NCBI GenBank assembly: GCA_020137815.1 | Contig: CM035351.1 | Span: forward strand, 7,688,001 to 7,752,000 | From: Hormiphora californensis | Lineage: Eukaryota; Animalia; Ctenophora | Direction of reading: 5' to 3' | DNA: 64,000 bases | In this document: one piece after another, positions 41,757 to 56,499 of the stretch | Layout of the letters: every line of letters starts with the position of its first letter | Numbering within the stretch: position 1 is the first letter of the stretch | Position numbers and translations under genes: made by a program | The notes under the pieces: model-generated | Database searches by the model: none | What the model was told of the DNA's origin: nothing | The model's input: only the letters and a program-made list of their open reading frames with translations

Positions 41757-44700
41757 ATGGCGGCATCTGACTCTGTGCTCTTGGTAAGTAACTCATTTAT
41801 ACTGGCATACTACAATTGTCAAACTACAAAACTTAAACATTTTCCAAAAGTCAAAAGCTGTCATTAACGAACTCAAAACATCCCTAATTCACGCCTCTTC
41901 AGTCCAAGTTGTTTTATTATGGCCGACAGAAACTGTTCAACACAATCCAGGCTGTGGTTAACAGAACATAAACAGAAATATGGCTCAGATCCTGTTCTCA
42001 CATTCTATGATGGAATCTCACTTCTCTTACAAGGTAAAGTGTTTTGGGTTATCATGATGTGTTTGACCTATCAAGATAGGAATTCAAGTGATAATCTTCA
42101 ATCTTGAACATTGGTGTTCACTGAAGTCTGTTCAGTTTTCACACCAAGAAATTGACAGCTAATAATCTCTTCAGATCACATTCCTGAGGCAATGAGGGAG
42201 CTATCAACCATCAGAGATCACCGAGATTTAGTGATCGGTGCCTCCTATGCCCTTATAACCGCTCACAAAAAGGCACGGATTGTTGACAAAGAAGCAGTCA
42301 GCGAGTTGGAAACAAGAATCAAGCACGAGAGAAGTACTGCTGGAGAGAAGACGCTTTATTTTGGGGGTGTTTTCATGGTTCTGTACGGACGTCCTGACAA
42401 GGGCCGGGACATGTTCAACCGGCTGATGAAAGTTACCAGCGGGAAAAGTTTGGATGTAAGTGTGTGGGACAGGGGAGCGGCACAGTTTGGAAACATTGGT
42501 TTGAGTAGCGCGCGAGGATGTCAGACAAGGGGAAGACACCGTTGTCACCACATTCGTTGCGCGCCGTTTACTCGGGTTACCATGGTAGCTTGCCGGCTGG
42601 AACTGTGTGTATGTGTGTGGTTAACCATGCACCCCTTCCAACCAGGGTCTCGCAATGCTGGGGTGGTGTGAGCTACTAATGAAGAAATCTGGTTACCTCG
42701 AAAAGGCGCACAAGTACTTTAAGGACAGTTTGGAGATACAGGGTGGCTCCCGAAATATTGACAGTTTGGTAGGTTTGGCTCACTGCCAGGCGGGTCTCCG
42801 ACAGTGGGAGGAAGCAATGGAGAGTGTTAATCAGGCTGTAGTTCAGTATCCCAAGAATATTGTGTGTTTACTAGAGAAGATGCACATTCTACTTGCAATG
42901 CAAAAGTGGGATCAGCTCCAAGAGGCATGCCAGAGAATTCTATCAATGGACCAATTCTGTATCCAGGCACAGGCTACCAACATTCTTTACATTTTCTGTA
43001 AAGAGGGGAAATATGTCGAGGTAAGAGGTCTTCATATTATTAGAATAATATCTCTACTATTGTGTATTTGAACCAACCATTTCCTGTCAGCTTTTGGAAG
43101 ACCTTCGATAGATAAGATCATATTTTTGTGATTTCCTTGTCCAGACTGTCTCGCAAGTCATATTAGGAGAAAAAAAATAATTTAACAATAAAATATTGCT
43201 ATTTCCAGGGTGCAGGAAAGTTAGGAGAGTTGGTGACTACCATGGATCGATTTGAACCTAAAGCTCATCACCTATACTACCTTTACAGTGCAACATTTGC
43301 CCGACTGGTAGGTGGTGAACAATAAACAACGGGAGAGAAAGAGAGTAGCACGAGTATCGATGAAGAGAAAAAGTATCGAGAGTGGTAAGGTATACCTACT
43401 AGGTACTACCTAGAGAGAAACTATGCAAAGTATGTACCTTTTAGAGGAATGCTCGTCAACTAAAGACCTACTGCAACTCTTTTACCCGATTCGTTTGGTA
43501 CCAGTCCCCATGTCTCCCCATGTTCCCCTTGTCTCCCTTGTTACACTTTGTTTTGTTAACTGAACTAGAAGAGGCTGAGTGAAACTGTAACCTTTCCCTA
43601 ATGCACTCACGAGCGTGGCAGCTCTTTCCATATTACAAGAGCTCTCTGTCCTATCCACTAATCCCCCTTTCTCTCTGTCAGTGTGGGAGGCACACGCTCG
43701 TTCTACAACAAACAACAGCCCTTCTGGAGCGTGCCATGGCCATCAACCATGACAACCACGTTTACCATTCAGAACTGGGACTACAGCTACTACTTCAGGT
43801 ATAGAGTTAGAGTGTAACACTCTGTATAGAGTACAGTGCACAGTGTGAGCCGCCAAGGGTGTGTACTACACAGTGTGGTACACACCCTGTGTGGCTCACA
43901 CTGCGATTTGTGAGGGTTCGGTATGATGTAGTACACACGCCCTGCAGTATCACAGTGATGACTTTCCGAAGAAATATAGCGTATTTCTAATCATGGCACA
44001 TGAACTGATTCATGCATGGCTTCACCACGATCTGTAGTGGCGTCTAATTGTCCAGTAGCATCTAATAGATGATAGATCTATCACTTACACGCCCTTTGTG
44101 ATAAGTCATACCCGGACTGATCAAGATGTCGTTAGCTCTAAGTATTCAGTGGTACATTGATCTGCCTCTCATTTCAGGGCAAGGTGGCTGAGGCCAAGAA
44201 GAGTTACAAAACTGCTTCCAGGATTGATGAAAGCTCCATGGCGGCATGTCTAGGTACGTGTTTCCTATCATCCATGATCCATCTCTCCCGGCTCCCCCTC
44301 CCTCTTTCTCTCTTTTCTCTCTCGGTGATAGAAAATGTACATTATCTCATAGTTGTATCTTCGTATGTGTAAAGATAATTAGAAAATGCTTGTTGACGGA
44401 TTAAAAATAATGAAATAATGCAATCTTGCATTCAGAGCAAGTGATGATAATTCCCTCCCCTCCCCATGATCCGTCCCGTACATGTAGTTTCCTATGATTC
44501 TCAGCTGTATGCCATGTTGCAATGTAAAGTGTAAAGTGGCACTGCGTCTTATAATCGACTCATGAGGTCAACTTAGCAGCAGTTGTCCTACTGAGAAGTT
44601 AATATAAAAATAGTTACACGGAAATCTCTGTCACATGTAATCTACCTGTCGCTCTATTTCTCCCTCCACTCTCTCTCTCTCCGTCTCTTTTCTTCCTCGC

Positions 44701-44971
44701 ACGTATTTATATGGAAGAGGAAGGAATTAAAGAGAAAGAAATTAAAAAAGAAAATGCCTACACGCCCTAGCAAAAGTAGCAAAATAGAATCGACAGATGA
44801 GAGAAATTAATTTGAATTTTCTTGCGAATTTCTAAATAAAAGGAAGTGGGATGCGTATTAAATACAATATGTACAATATACAATAGGCTACCACAATACA
44901 TTACATGATTCTCTGCTTCTCTCTGTTTCTCTCTCTGTTTCTCTCTCTCTGTTTCTGTTTCTCTCTCTGTT

Positions 44972-45045
<74 letters not shown>

Positions 45046-45059
45046 ATCTCTCTCTCTCA

Positions 45060-45127
<68 letters not shown>

Positions 45128-45173
45128 CTCTCTCTCTACTCTCTCTCTCTCTTCTCTATCTCTCTCTCGTCTC

Positions 45174-45225
<52 letters not shown>

Positions 45226-48200
45226 ACGGCAGTGTCCTCTAACTGATCATGCTCCTTGCCCTCCCTCATCTGTCTCCTCAGTTCAATTCTGTTCTCCTTC
45301 TGAATATACGCATGATAAGTCCGGGTAACTTTACTAATAATAACAGTCATAGGAAGTGCCAGGACCAACATACAAGACATGATACAAAGACTGCCGATCA
45401 GTTTCCCAATCGTAGTTTTGGGTACACAATCCCCATACCCAACTGAGCTCATGGTGACCACCACCCACCACGCTGATCGGGGTATGGAATCAAAGTTCTC
45501 GTTGATATTCCCCTCACTGTAGTGAATCAAACTCCCAAAGAAGATGATAGCAATCGACCAGAAGAAAATCAGGAAGAAGAGTTCGGATACACTTGTTGAA
45601 AGGGCCAGGAAGATTATCTTAATTCCGTCTGAGTGGCGTGCCAAGCGGAGTACCCTGACCACCCGTAACACCCTTAATATGACGAAAATGTGGGCGATTC
45701 CTCCGGGGAATATAAGTCCAATGTAATAGGGGAGAATGGAAATAAAGTCTATCCAGTTGAGCACATTTTTCACAAAGGCTTTGAACTCCGGGCAGGAGAC
45801 TGCTCTGAGTATAAACTCAAGTGTGAAGAATGCGATGCAGGTAGTCTCCAAACAGAAGAATATCCTGGCGAGGAGGGATTGCGTTTTAGCGAGTTCATTT
45901 TCAACTGGTGGTAGGGTTTCAACCATAAACATTGTGACTGCAATAATGATGAAGATGATGGAGATGTAGGACCAAATCAGGGCACCCAGAGAGGATTTAG
46001 ATTTCTCTAGAAAGATCCTGAAACAAGGGAGAGTGTTATTGCTGGTAGCAGGCATGATATTATTAGGAATTATTGCTTTATGGATTCATTTGTTGTCCTA
46101 TTGTCCTGTTATTGTTTCAACTGCAGAATATTAGGATATTAGGATACACTCAAGTCTTTCTCCTAGAAATTTTGTGTCAGCAGCACTCACCACAATTTGC
46201 TGCGTTGTGGAGGTCTCCTTGCCCCCTCGTCCTCCTCCTCCGCCAGATCATCAGTACTGTCTGTCAACTTCAGAAAGTACTTTGTCAACCTGAAAAACTT
46301 GACCTGAGGAATGTGGGGATGTTAGGGTTACCATCCAATCAGAGCACATTATTGGCATCAAGTGACATGCTCTCATCCAATCAGAGCACGTTATTGGCAT
46401 CACGTGACATGCTCTCAGCCAATCAGGGCACATTATTGGCATCAAGTGACATGCTCTCAGCCAATCAACTTGTACCTCTTCTAGAAATCGTTCCTCAGTG
46501 ACAGAGGGTGGACAGAATAGCTGGCCTCGTGTCTGATAAAAGTGTAGGATGGTATAGAAGATCTGGGGGTCCGTATCTATCACATATTCTCCACTATCTT
46601 CATCAAAGAATTCCTCAAGCTCTACAGACCCCAGGAGGGTATCACGATACTTTTGGAGAGTGGAGAGAAATGCCTGAAAAGTGAAAATATCAAACAGAGA
46701 AATGGATTTTTGCAAGTTCTGTAACCTGTCATGAAACTATGCTTAGATGCGGAAACCAACAAAGTTACTTTTTTACAAATTCAGAAGACGTGAGAATATA
46801 CCTCGTAGAAGTTTCCCCTAACATTGAGAACGATAATATCCTTGGAGGTTTTGTTGTTGCTTTTGAAATCATATTGTGAGATGGTCGACTGGCGCCGTGC
46901 AAATATCCGGTCTCTCTGTGCCTTGATTTGATCGTTGGTGATGATCGATTGACGTCGTATGAGTATCATGTCATTCACACACTAAGTCATCATTCTCCTT
47001 GATGTTCCATGGATACTAGGGGAGAACAATGTACACATGTGATGATTGTATTTTACACATCTTTCTGGCAATATTGTACAGGGTGTCAAAATCAAATTTC
47101 TACAAAACGATGCGAGTTGACTTCCTGCAAATCTTTCGAAAACGAAACCACAAAGAAGCAAGAAGTGGTAGAGTTGCGAAACAGCAGCTAAAGCAATTAG
47201 TTTAGCAAAATTATTTAACGGCGGGAGATATAAAAGAAAAGTGGCTAATGTCGCGAGTTTTATTTTTGCAGTTCGTGTTCCGGGAATCTATATTCTCAGT
47301 ATTAACTCAGAACTGTGGCTGAAGTCACGTGGTTTAGTTGATGATGTTGGCCACTTGTCTTGCTTAATGTCTAAATAGGCCGTTGGGGGGCCATTATCGT
47401 ATTAAAACCGATCTAGGTATAGTGCCTCTCATTGGACGGTCAGGAGGCCGCCAACGATCCTGTGAGTTCATATTAATTAGTAGCCAATTCTTAGGTTCTC
47501 GACACTAGTCATCAAGACAGCAAGTAGAGTTGGTAAAGGGAGACAAAGATAGATAAGAGAAAGAGAGAGAAAGAGAGAAAAGGGAAGAGAGACCAGTTCC
47601 GTTTTGGAAATGGAAAGAAGATCGAAAGAAGAAGAAGACAGGACAAGTGGTGGTATATGTATGTGTTTTAAAGTGTGTAATTCACAGAGGCAACCAGGCA
47701 ATCATTCATTACCAGGTCAATTTTCCACGCACAGTGAAATTATAACTTCCTATTTCCATCTCTCTTCAAATAAGAAAAACAGTGTTTCACGCCCAGAAAG
47801 TTACAAAAGTAGATCTGTATCTTAACCAAGGACAAATTGTAAGGTGCCAAAAGTAGGTACTAGCCAATTTTCTAACTTAGGACTTTAAAAAAATCTCTTC
47901 ATCCACTTAAAGTTGGTCTCTTCCTGTTGAGTATCCTAAAATGTCTGTCTACTAAAACATCGTAGCAACTTAGAGTAAGCAACTTTCTAAAATATTTTAA
48001 TTTCACTACTGTCTAAATATCTTGCTCTCTATCTCTCTCTCTCTCTCTCTATCTTTCTCTCTCTCTCTCTCTCTCCATTCTAATTCCTGCTCTATTATGT
48101 ATACAGAGGGCTATTCTGAGAGAAATAAAATGCAACAGAGCACGACAATAAGTAACATTATGCATTATGATACAGTACATATATATGTGTACCGTATTAG

Positions 48201-51200
48201 TGTATCAATAAGAGTTATTGTATGATCAATTAAACATGATTAATCGTAGAAAGAGATGACATACACACACAAAGGCTGGAATAAATTGGTCGATAATAAT
48301 GTGAACTAAACACCTGTCTTTACACATGTGTTATGTAATAGCGCAGTTATTAGTTCACCTGTGTTGGTGATAATGATGCCTAATCGTTAGCAATACATAT
48401 TATGAAGTGGGAGCTCATATAATGTCAATGTCAAGCCAAAAAGATAGTGCCAAAACATTCCTACTATGTAACTTTTAATTGCTGAATGGATAGAATACAT
48501 CACATTGTGAGTCCTGATCATGCACCCACTAAGAATAATTTGCAATAGGAAATACTACAGCTAACTTAACCAATCATCGCACAAGAGAGATTCCATGCGA
48601 TACAGGCCATACAGAAAGACTCCATGCTGCTGAGATACATCCTTACTGCTCCAACTCTAGCATCTAGTAGCGATTCTTGCTCGTAGAAGAAAAAGAAGGA
48701 ATTCTCGCTCATCTCTCTCGCTCACTCGTCACCACCCTCCTTTGCGGTATTGTGGTAAAGAAGATGTAGCTGCTGCTCACTCTTCAGTATATCCAAGCAT
48801 CTTATAAACTCGCTCCTCACTTTTTAGCAACATCTACCTATAGGTAGATGTTGCTAAAGATGATAGATCTTCTCTCATCTTTTAACCATGAAACCTCCTT
48901 TCTTATCTCCTATCTATCACTACATATATATTCAACTCGATATCTATCTCTTTGTAGCAATTGTGATCATTCGAGAAAGATTGTGCGGTAAAGAGCGTGG
49001 GGGGTAACATGAATATATGGACCATACATTCTCCCTAATTACCCGGGGACTAAGAGATCCATCTTCTTTACCATCTATCTCTCTCCCTCCCTCTCTCTCT
49101 CCTAATCTTTGCTCTGCAATGAAGCACGCTGGGAGTTTCAAGCGAAAAGAGGCAAATAAGAAACATGAACTCATGATGAGACCCTCAATTAGAGAGAAGC
49201 TGCAAGGAAGGCCATTAAATTTAATGTCTCACAGAACAAGCATGAAGCATTTCCCTCTCCTACCTACGGTATGACATTAGAGTGAAGGAAGGAAGATCTG
49301 GTAACAATTGCCAAATCCTTAGCTTTCTTAAGAGACATGAAAACAAAAGCAATATCGAACATAGGAACGAATGATTGTCGGTAGTTAACTCGAAATACAA
49401 TATGAAATATGAAAAATCATGATTATAAGATCATTCATCAGAACAAGAAAATTGAAAAGTGTTATGTTTTGAATTTTAAGTGGGAAATATTACCACACTT
49501 GGAAAGATGATCAAGAAATTGTGATCATTCTTCGTGTTTTGAGTTTGGTCGCATGATGAAACATCACATGTCATCACTTCTCGATTTCCACGTACGAAAA
49601 TTACCGCGTGTATGATTGTACTTGAAATCACAATATTATTGTACAATTAATATTATCGCTCGGGAAAGAGGTGAGGAGCATTGTAACAGATTTATTTAAT
49701 AATAATAAAGGGGGGAATGTTGTTACGGGTCTGGGAAACTTTTGTTGACAAGCGCTATTGGGGAAAAGTTGGAAAAACGCAAACAATTTGACAGGAATAG
49801 GAAACGGGGGGAAAAGACTAAGAAACCCTTTCCTCACCTTTTTCCCAAAAACCCCCCCCCTTTTCCCCCCTTTCATTTTTTCCTTTTTTTTCCCCCCCCT
49901 TTTTCTCTCCCTTTTTCCCCCCTCCTTCTTTTTTCCCCCCCTTTAGTTTTTTTGAGATTTGGCCAAATTTTTGAAAATTAGTTTTAAAAAGGAGAAAAAA
50001 AAGAATTTCGAAAAAAAATCCCGAAATCAAATTTTAAAAAAACCGGGAAAGAAACGGGAAAATCGACAAAATCATAAAGACCTTTAAACTGGCTGCCGGC
50101 CACGAGTCAGTAACAGGGCTCTTTAGAGAGAGAAAGTGAGAGAAAGATGTTTAGACAGAGAAAGAGAAGAGAGAGAGAGAGGAAGAGGTCTAGACAGACA
50201 GACAAATAGGCTGCACGAGATCATGATTACATTAGTCTAAAGACCTGTTAAATAAGACCATACTAAGTCGTTGATCTATAAAAATATCGGTATATAAGGA
50301 GAATAACTGTTAAAAATTGGTCGAAATGTAAAAGGATATGATAACCGGGAATAAAAAACTACAAATAACCCTTTAGTACATTAATCTAGCAGGAAGTCAG
50401 GAAAAGCAGACGGGAAGGCCGGTACACAGTAAAAAAAGGAAAAACTTTGTTTTCTAATATTTTCTTTCATCTCTTCCCTTTTTCCCTTTTCCCCTTTTTT
50501 ATCCCTGATTCCTCAATTTCCCCTTTCCACCTTCTATGGCATAAGGGGATACACACGATCGTCATGGGCAGGGGGGACCTGTTTTGACGGTCGACAACAG
50601 AGACAGAGGATCTCAGCAAACACAGAGAGACAGAGAGGGACGAGAGATGAACGCAAGAACAGGACGTTGGGAATAAGACGGGCCAGATAGGTAGAGGGCG
50701 CATAGATGAGAAATGAGTGGTCCCTTTTTTTTCCTACTACTAAGTACAAAAAAAACCTCCCAGAAAAAAGGAGTAGGTATAAAAAATAAAGGGAGTTGCG
50801 GTGTGGGTAAGCCCAAAAAACCAATCGATCCCCGGGGTTACTGACCTTTCTTTTTCTCCCCTTTTTTCTGTCCTTTTCCCCCCCTCTCTCTCTCCCCCCC
50901 CCTCTCTTCTTCTCTTTTCTTCCCCCTTTTCCCCCTTCCCCTCCCCCCTCTTCTCTTTTTCTCTCTCTTCCTTTTTGTTCCCCTGTTATCTGTCCTTTTT
51001 ATTCCTCTCGTCTGTCTCCATCCCCCCCTCTTCTCCATCTCTCACACCCCCCTCTTCTCAAGCGGAACAAGATGTTTAGGTTCTGGTAAGTTTAGGATGG
51101 GCTTCGCAATTGATTTCCTCTAGAGAACAATATACGGGCAGGCCCCGATAGTTTTTCTGAAGGGACTTGTGGCAAGCCAACAGGGTGCCCCAGAGGCCGA

Positions 51201-54200
51201 GGTGTTGGAGTATCTAGCTGAGGCTGTGGGAATGAGAACCAATGAACTGGAGGTATAAATAATCAATTACATGATAATATAGAGTGGTAATGGGTATAGG
51301 GTTTTAGCAAACGTACAGAATTAGGGTGGGTAATATAATCATGATACCTATCAACTAATAAATTGTTCTTATTTTTAGGGGGAAAAACCCCGGGGTGAAA
51401 ATTTGTTAAAAGGATCCAGTTTTTTTCTTTCAGTTGTCAAATCACCTTTCATTTTCTTGCCCCGAGGTAAGTCACCAAAAGGTCGGGTCTTTAAGACGTC
51501 TGTAAAAATAGGGGCCGTATATGGTAACTGATGGTATAAACCTTGAAGCGGGGTTCCCCCCTTTTTAAAAACATGTTCCCCCCCCCCCGCACAGGGACAG
51601 ATAACCTCTCCAATCCTGACTCAATGTTTGAATCTCCTAACACCACTAACCACTGGTGCTCCTGGACTCCTTGAGGCTCTTTTCCTTTCTGCCAAAGTGA
51701 AATTCCTCTCAGGTAAGATAACAAGTTTTAACTTGCTCTGCTAGCTACACAAGTTTCCAGTAACGTACACAGGGCTCCTCTTTCCCCTCATCTCTCCACC
51801 CACTCTAACCCCCTTTCTCCCTCTACACAGGTCAAGTAGAGCCAGCTAAAACTCTCTGTCAGGAGTGTCTAGAACACGACGTGTCCTATGGAGAGGCCCA
51901 CCTATTGATGGCCAAGATAGCACTAAACGAAGGAAATGCCCGACAAGCCCTCCAGTCCCTGGAGATTGGACTCAGCTACAACTTTGACCTAATGGACTCT
52001 CCGATATACCACTATGTGCAGGGTTGTGTACAGAAGGAGCGGGGACAACTGGCTGACTCCCTGAAAACCTTCAACCAGGCACTAAAACTATTTAACAAGA
52101 GTGGAACTGATGGTACCGACAAGGTCGGGGTGTATCTCGAGCTGATAGAGGTCAACAAGGCTCTAGGACAAACCCATGAGGCAACTAAAGTGATGCAAGA
52201 TGCAATTAACGAGTTTCAGGGGACTCCTGGAGAGATTAGGATAGCCATTGCTAATGCAGACCTCGCTATAGCACGGGGAGACTACGATACAGCCCTGACG
52301 AACCTAAAGAGGATAGAGCCTGACAAACCGTTCTATAGTCAGGCGAGGAAGAAGTTGGCGGAGATTTATTACAAACACAGGAAGGATAAGAAGTTGTTTA
52401 TTGGGTGTTTCCAGGATTTAGTGGACATGTCTCCAACCCCAGAGAACTTCATCTTGTTGGGGGATGCCTACATGAGGATCACAGAACCCGATAAAGCAAT
52501 CTCTGTGTACGAGAGCGCTCTGAAGAAGAACCCTCGGGATGCCAAACTGGCAAGTAAGATTGGGAAGGCGTTTGTACAGACCCACAACTATAACAAGGCC
52601 ATGAACTACTATGAGACAGCCCTGAAACAGACCCCCGGGTTAACCGATCTGAGATATGATCTGGCCGATCTGCTAATCAAGTTGAAATCATTTGATAAAG
52701 CAGAGAGAGTCTTGAAGTCTGCATTGGATGGACTGGATGGGTCTGGTGGGCTGGCCGCTCTTGTAGAGGAATCACGGTATAACGAGTTACTGGGTGTTAT
52801 GGCACAAAAGAAAGGACACCTAGCGGACGCATTGGACAACTTCAGAAAGGCTGGCGAGTGCATGGACCGAGTTGTAAAACGGGCATCTGTGGAAAACTCT
52901 GAGAAAACTGAGGAATTCAAGAAGAACTTTGCCACTCTTAGCATAACAATTGCAGAACACTATTGTGATGCGAGGGACTTTGAAAAGTCTATCCAGTGCT
53001 ACAGAGATGCCCTCAACCAAGACCCAGAAAACACTGAGGCATCCTTGGCTCTAGCTAACCTGCACCTCTCTGTTGGTGAGCTGGAGGAGTGCCAGAATAT
53101 CTGTTCAGTGCTACTTCAGAAGAATGCTCAGAATGAGGGTGCTACAATCATCATGGCAAAGGTACTGTTCCAGAGAAACCATCACATCGAGGCTATCCAT
53201 CATTTCCAGCAGCTACTTATGAAGCGGCCCGATAACTTCGAGGCCCTGGCTACCTTGGTAGACCTCCTTAGAAGAGCAGGGAAGACCCAGGAGTGCCACC
53301 AATTCTTTGATTTAGCAGAGCGACATTCTCCCAAGATACCTCTATCTGCTGGATTCAACTTCTGTAAGGGTCTCCACGCGTGGCATACCGGTAACTCCCA
53401 CATAGCCCTGAAGCACTTCAACCTCGCCAGAAAGGACAGCACATGGGGTGAGAGGGCTGTACTGAAGATGGTGGGTATCTGTCTGAACCCTGACATGGAT
53501 ACCATTGGAGGGGAGGTCTTCCAGAGTTCAGAATCTGATGCAGAGAGGAGAGATAACGAACTGTTAGCTGTAAAGGCTGCTGATAAGTTATTACAGGATC
53601 TGAGGCCGACCAGTGCCCAAACAGCAGTTAGGGTCAAGATCTTGGAGGGATATTGTGGGTTGAACTCACTGAACAAACAGAACGCTGAACGTGCCCTTGA
53701 GAGTTTCATGGAGATAGTTGCGACACAATCGGACCATGTTCCTGCGTTATTGGGATCTGCTGTTGCGTTCATGCTCTTGAAACAGGCCCCTAAAGCTCGA
53801 AACCAACTGAAAAGGATCTCTAAGATGTCATGGAATCCCCTTGGTAAGTTCCCATCCAAATTATGTTTTTAGGTTGTAGTGACTAAATCTATCTTTAAAG
53901 CAAGGAACGAAGCGACCCCATCCCAAAGATGTTCGCACGCTAGTGCCCTTTGGCCACGGTCGTGCGTACGATCGCAGTCCATGTTTCCACTACAGCTGCT
54001 GATCTACAAAGGGAGATTTGCCCTTTAAAAACCAAAGGGGGGAACCCCCCAGAAAACCCACCTGAGGCATCCTTTTGCTTTTGGGGGCCCTAAAACCCTG
54101 CCCAACCCCCTTGGGGGGGGGGTTTTTTTTTTGGGGTTTTTTTTGGAAAAGGGGAGGGGGCAGGAAAATACCCTAAGTTAAATCCCCAAAACAGGGGGGA

Positions 54201-55935
54201 AGGTTTTAGAGAGGGGGGGACTTCCCCCCGGCAGGTTTTACCCTTTGTTTTTTCCGGGGAGAAATCTTCAAGGGAATAAACTTCCCGGTAAAGGCGTTTC
54301 GAAAGGTTTCCCCCAACAAAACCACCGTCCCCCAAAAAGCAGAGGGTCAAAATCTTTTTTGGAGGGTTTGGTGGTTTGCTCTGAAACCCCCCAAAAAACC
54401 GGGGAAGGGGTTGAATTTAGGGGTTGGGGGGGGGGGGGTTTTGCGAGGGGGAAAAATGTGTGGTTAAAGTTTGGGGTTAAAGTGAACCCCAACTTAAAAA
54501 ATCTTAAGATGTTGAATCCCCGGTAAGTCCCCCCCCAAATTATGTTTTTAAATTGTTTGTTCTGCGTTGGCCCGTTCTAATGCTGGAAACAGAAAGGACC
54601 CACGAAAACGGCGGAAAAACCCCTGGTTAAGCCTACTATTTCCCAAATTGGGGGTTTGGTGTGTCCTACACCCTTTTTTCCTTTACCGCCACTACACCCC
54701 CCTTTAACTAAAAATCTTTTTATAACCCCAACCCCACCCAACGCGGAAGAGTTTGAGAAAGCGTGGCTGCTCCTGGCAGATATCTACATAATGAGTAGCA
54801 AGTTTGATCTGGCCCAGGGCTCTGAAAAAAGTGCCTGAACCAACCAAATTTTTTTTCAGGCCGGGATTTCCAAAGGGGACATACACAGAAAGGTTCTTAC
54901 AAGGATGCAGCATTGAACTATGAAAAAGCATGGCAGTTCAGCAACTCCTAAACCCAAAAAATAGGACTGGGGGGTGTAGGAACTATGTAGGGTGTGTGTG
55001 TTGTGTGTAGGAGGTCGTCTTTCTGGGCACCCCTTACAGTTTGGGAAAAAACCCAAATTTGACACCTGAGAGCTACAACAAGCATGTTATACAAATTAAC
55101 ATCCCTAGTGCCCTCTCTGCACACAACAAACAAGTGACATATTCATGCCTTGATACAGGACAAATGACACATGCCACAAATACATAGGACAAGTTGCAGA
55201 TGGCAGATTTTTGTTTAGTTTCTCTCTCTCTGTTTTCCCCTCTTCTCTTTTTCCTCTCTCTTTTTCTCTCTCTCTCTCTCTCTCCCTCTCCATCCTCTCT
55301 CCTTCTCTCTCCTCTTTCCCCTCCTCCCCCTCCCCTTTCTTTTTTTTTGAAAACTCCCTTTTCCCCCCCCCCCTCTCGGGGGGGCCTCCCTTTTTTCCCT
55401 TTTCTTCTCTCATCGCTTCTCCCTCTCCCCGGGTATCTCCCCATCCTCTCTCTCTCTCCCTTCAATTTTCCCCCCCCATGCCGGCCCCCCCCCCTTTTTT
55501 TTTCCCCTCTTCCTTTTTTTACCCCCCCTTCCCTACAAACCAACCATTTGGCTAATGATATAACTTTCAACTAAATCCCCCCCTTTCTCTCCGGGTTTTA
55601 AAATGCCTTTTAAATACCCCAAAGCCAACGGGTTTTTGGTATTGATGTGCCATAAGGGCTCCAAGCACACCCCAAAACCCCGATAAGGGGAAAAATTTCT
55701 GGGGAAGCCGGCTAAAATCAATCTACTGGGACCCCTCAAGTGGGGGAACATCAGGGGACCATGACTCTAGGGCGAACATCAGGGGACCATGACTCTAGGG
55801 CGAACATCAGGGGACCACTCAGAGGGGAATAATGATCTACCAACCCCCACAAACGCGGGGTGACCCCCTCAAAAAAATATTATTGAGGGGGGGTTGAGGA
55901 GGGCCCGGGGAGGCCCCGGTCAAACCTGAACACTG
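41757..55935 (+). CDS. TTC21B: Tetratricopeptide repeat protein 21B / IFT139, multi-exon; 3' end approximate (degraded sequence)
   Basis: KYGSDPVLTFYDG, ALITAHKK..VDKEAVSELE, CGRHTLVLQQT, long TPR exon (AHLLMAKI..ALQSLEIGLSYNF, HRKDKKLFIGCF, KHFNLARKDSTWG, KQAPKARNQLKRISK), AEEFEKAWLLLADIYI. Confidence 0.9.
42576..42589. promoter_or_regulatory. Candidate RFX X-box in early TTC21B intron
   Basis: GTTACCATGGTAGC, one mismatch from palindromic GTTACCATGGTAAC. Confidence 0.4.
45222..47010 (-). CDS. Shaker-family voltage-gated K+ channel nested antisense in a TTC21B intron; ~4 exons
   Basis: T1 domain (IVLNVRGNFYE...KYRDTLLG...DTDPQIFYTILHFYQTRGQL), S1-S6 with NWIDFISILPYY, S4 LRVLRVVRVLRLARH, pore SAWWVVVTMSSVGYGDCVP; start inferred at 47010 across two probable indels. 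Confidence 0.9.
46336..46467. repeat. 42-bp tandem repeat (~3 copies) in Kv intron
   Basis: Unit CCAATCAGAGCACATTATTGGCATCAAGTGACATGCTCTCA(T/G). Confidence 0.85.
55746..55817. repeat. ~28-bp tandem repeat, ~2.5 copies
   Basis: GAACATCAGGGGACCATGACTCTAGGGC repeated. Confidence 0.8.
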
Positions 55936-56468
55936 TTGTTGAAAGGGAACCCCCCTTTTAAGAAAGGGCCCTCCTCCCAAAATTTTTGGGGGGGTAAAAT
56001 TTTTGGGGGGATTTTGAAATGGATTTATTGTAAAACAGCTGGATCTGTTTATTTGTTTATTACTGTACATAGAACTATGTGTGACAATATGTAAAAAGGA
56101 GAAATATTTAAAAGCGAGAAGGGGAAACCAGATCAGGTTGAATTTAAAAAAAATCAAACAACGTACCTATCAGGCATCGTGCTGACCATTTCCTCTCCGT
56201 GCCCCCTTTTCTTACAAACGCGCGAGGAAAAAGTGGTCAGGGGCATCGCATGCAGGAGATTTTTACAATTAGTGTGGTTTTGTGAGGCCCCGTGTTTTTT
56301 TAGTGGGGACAATCAGAGGGGAGAGTTTCAAGTTGTATGGATAGATTTTCTTGTTTTCAGCAAAATAAGCGTTTTTTTGATTCAACTTGCTTTCTCTCAC
56401 TCTCTCTTCTCCCTATTTTTTTTCTTTTTTTTCTTTCCCCCCTCTCCCCCCTCTCCCCCTTTTTTTTT

Positions 56469-56499
<31 letters not shown>

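Noticed and set aside
49119-50690. Possible second nested gene in the TTC21B intron (MKHAGSFKRKE... exon and purine-rich segment at ~50530-50690)
   Set aside because: No recognisable domain and no consistent splice path through low-quality sequence; needs RNA-seq.
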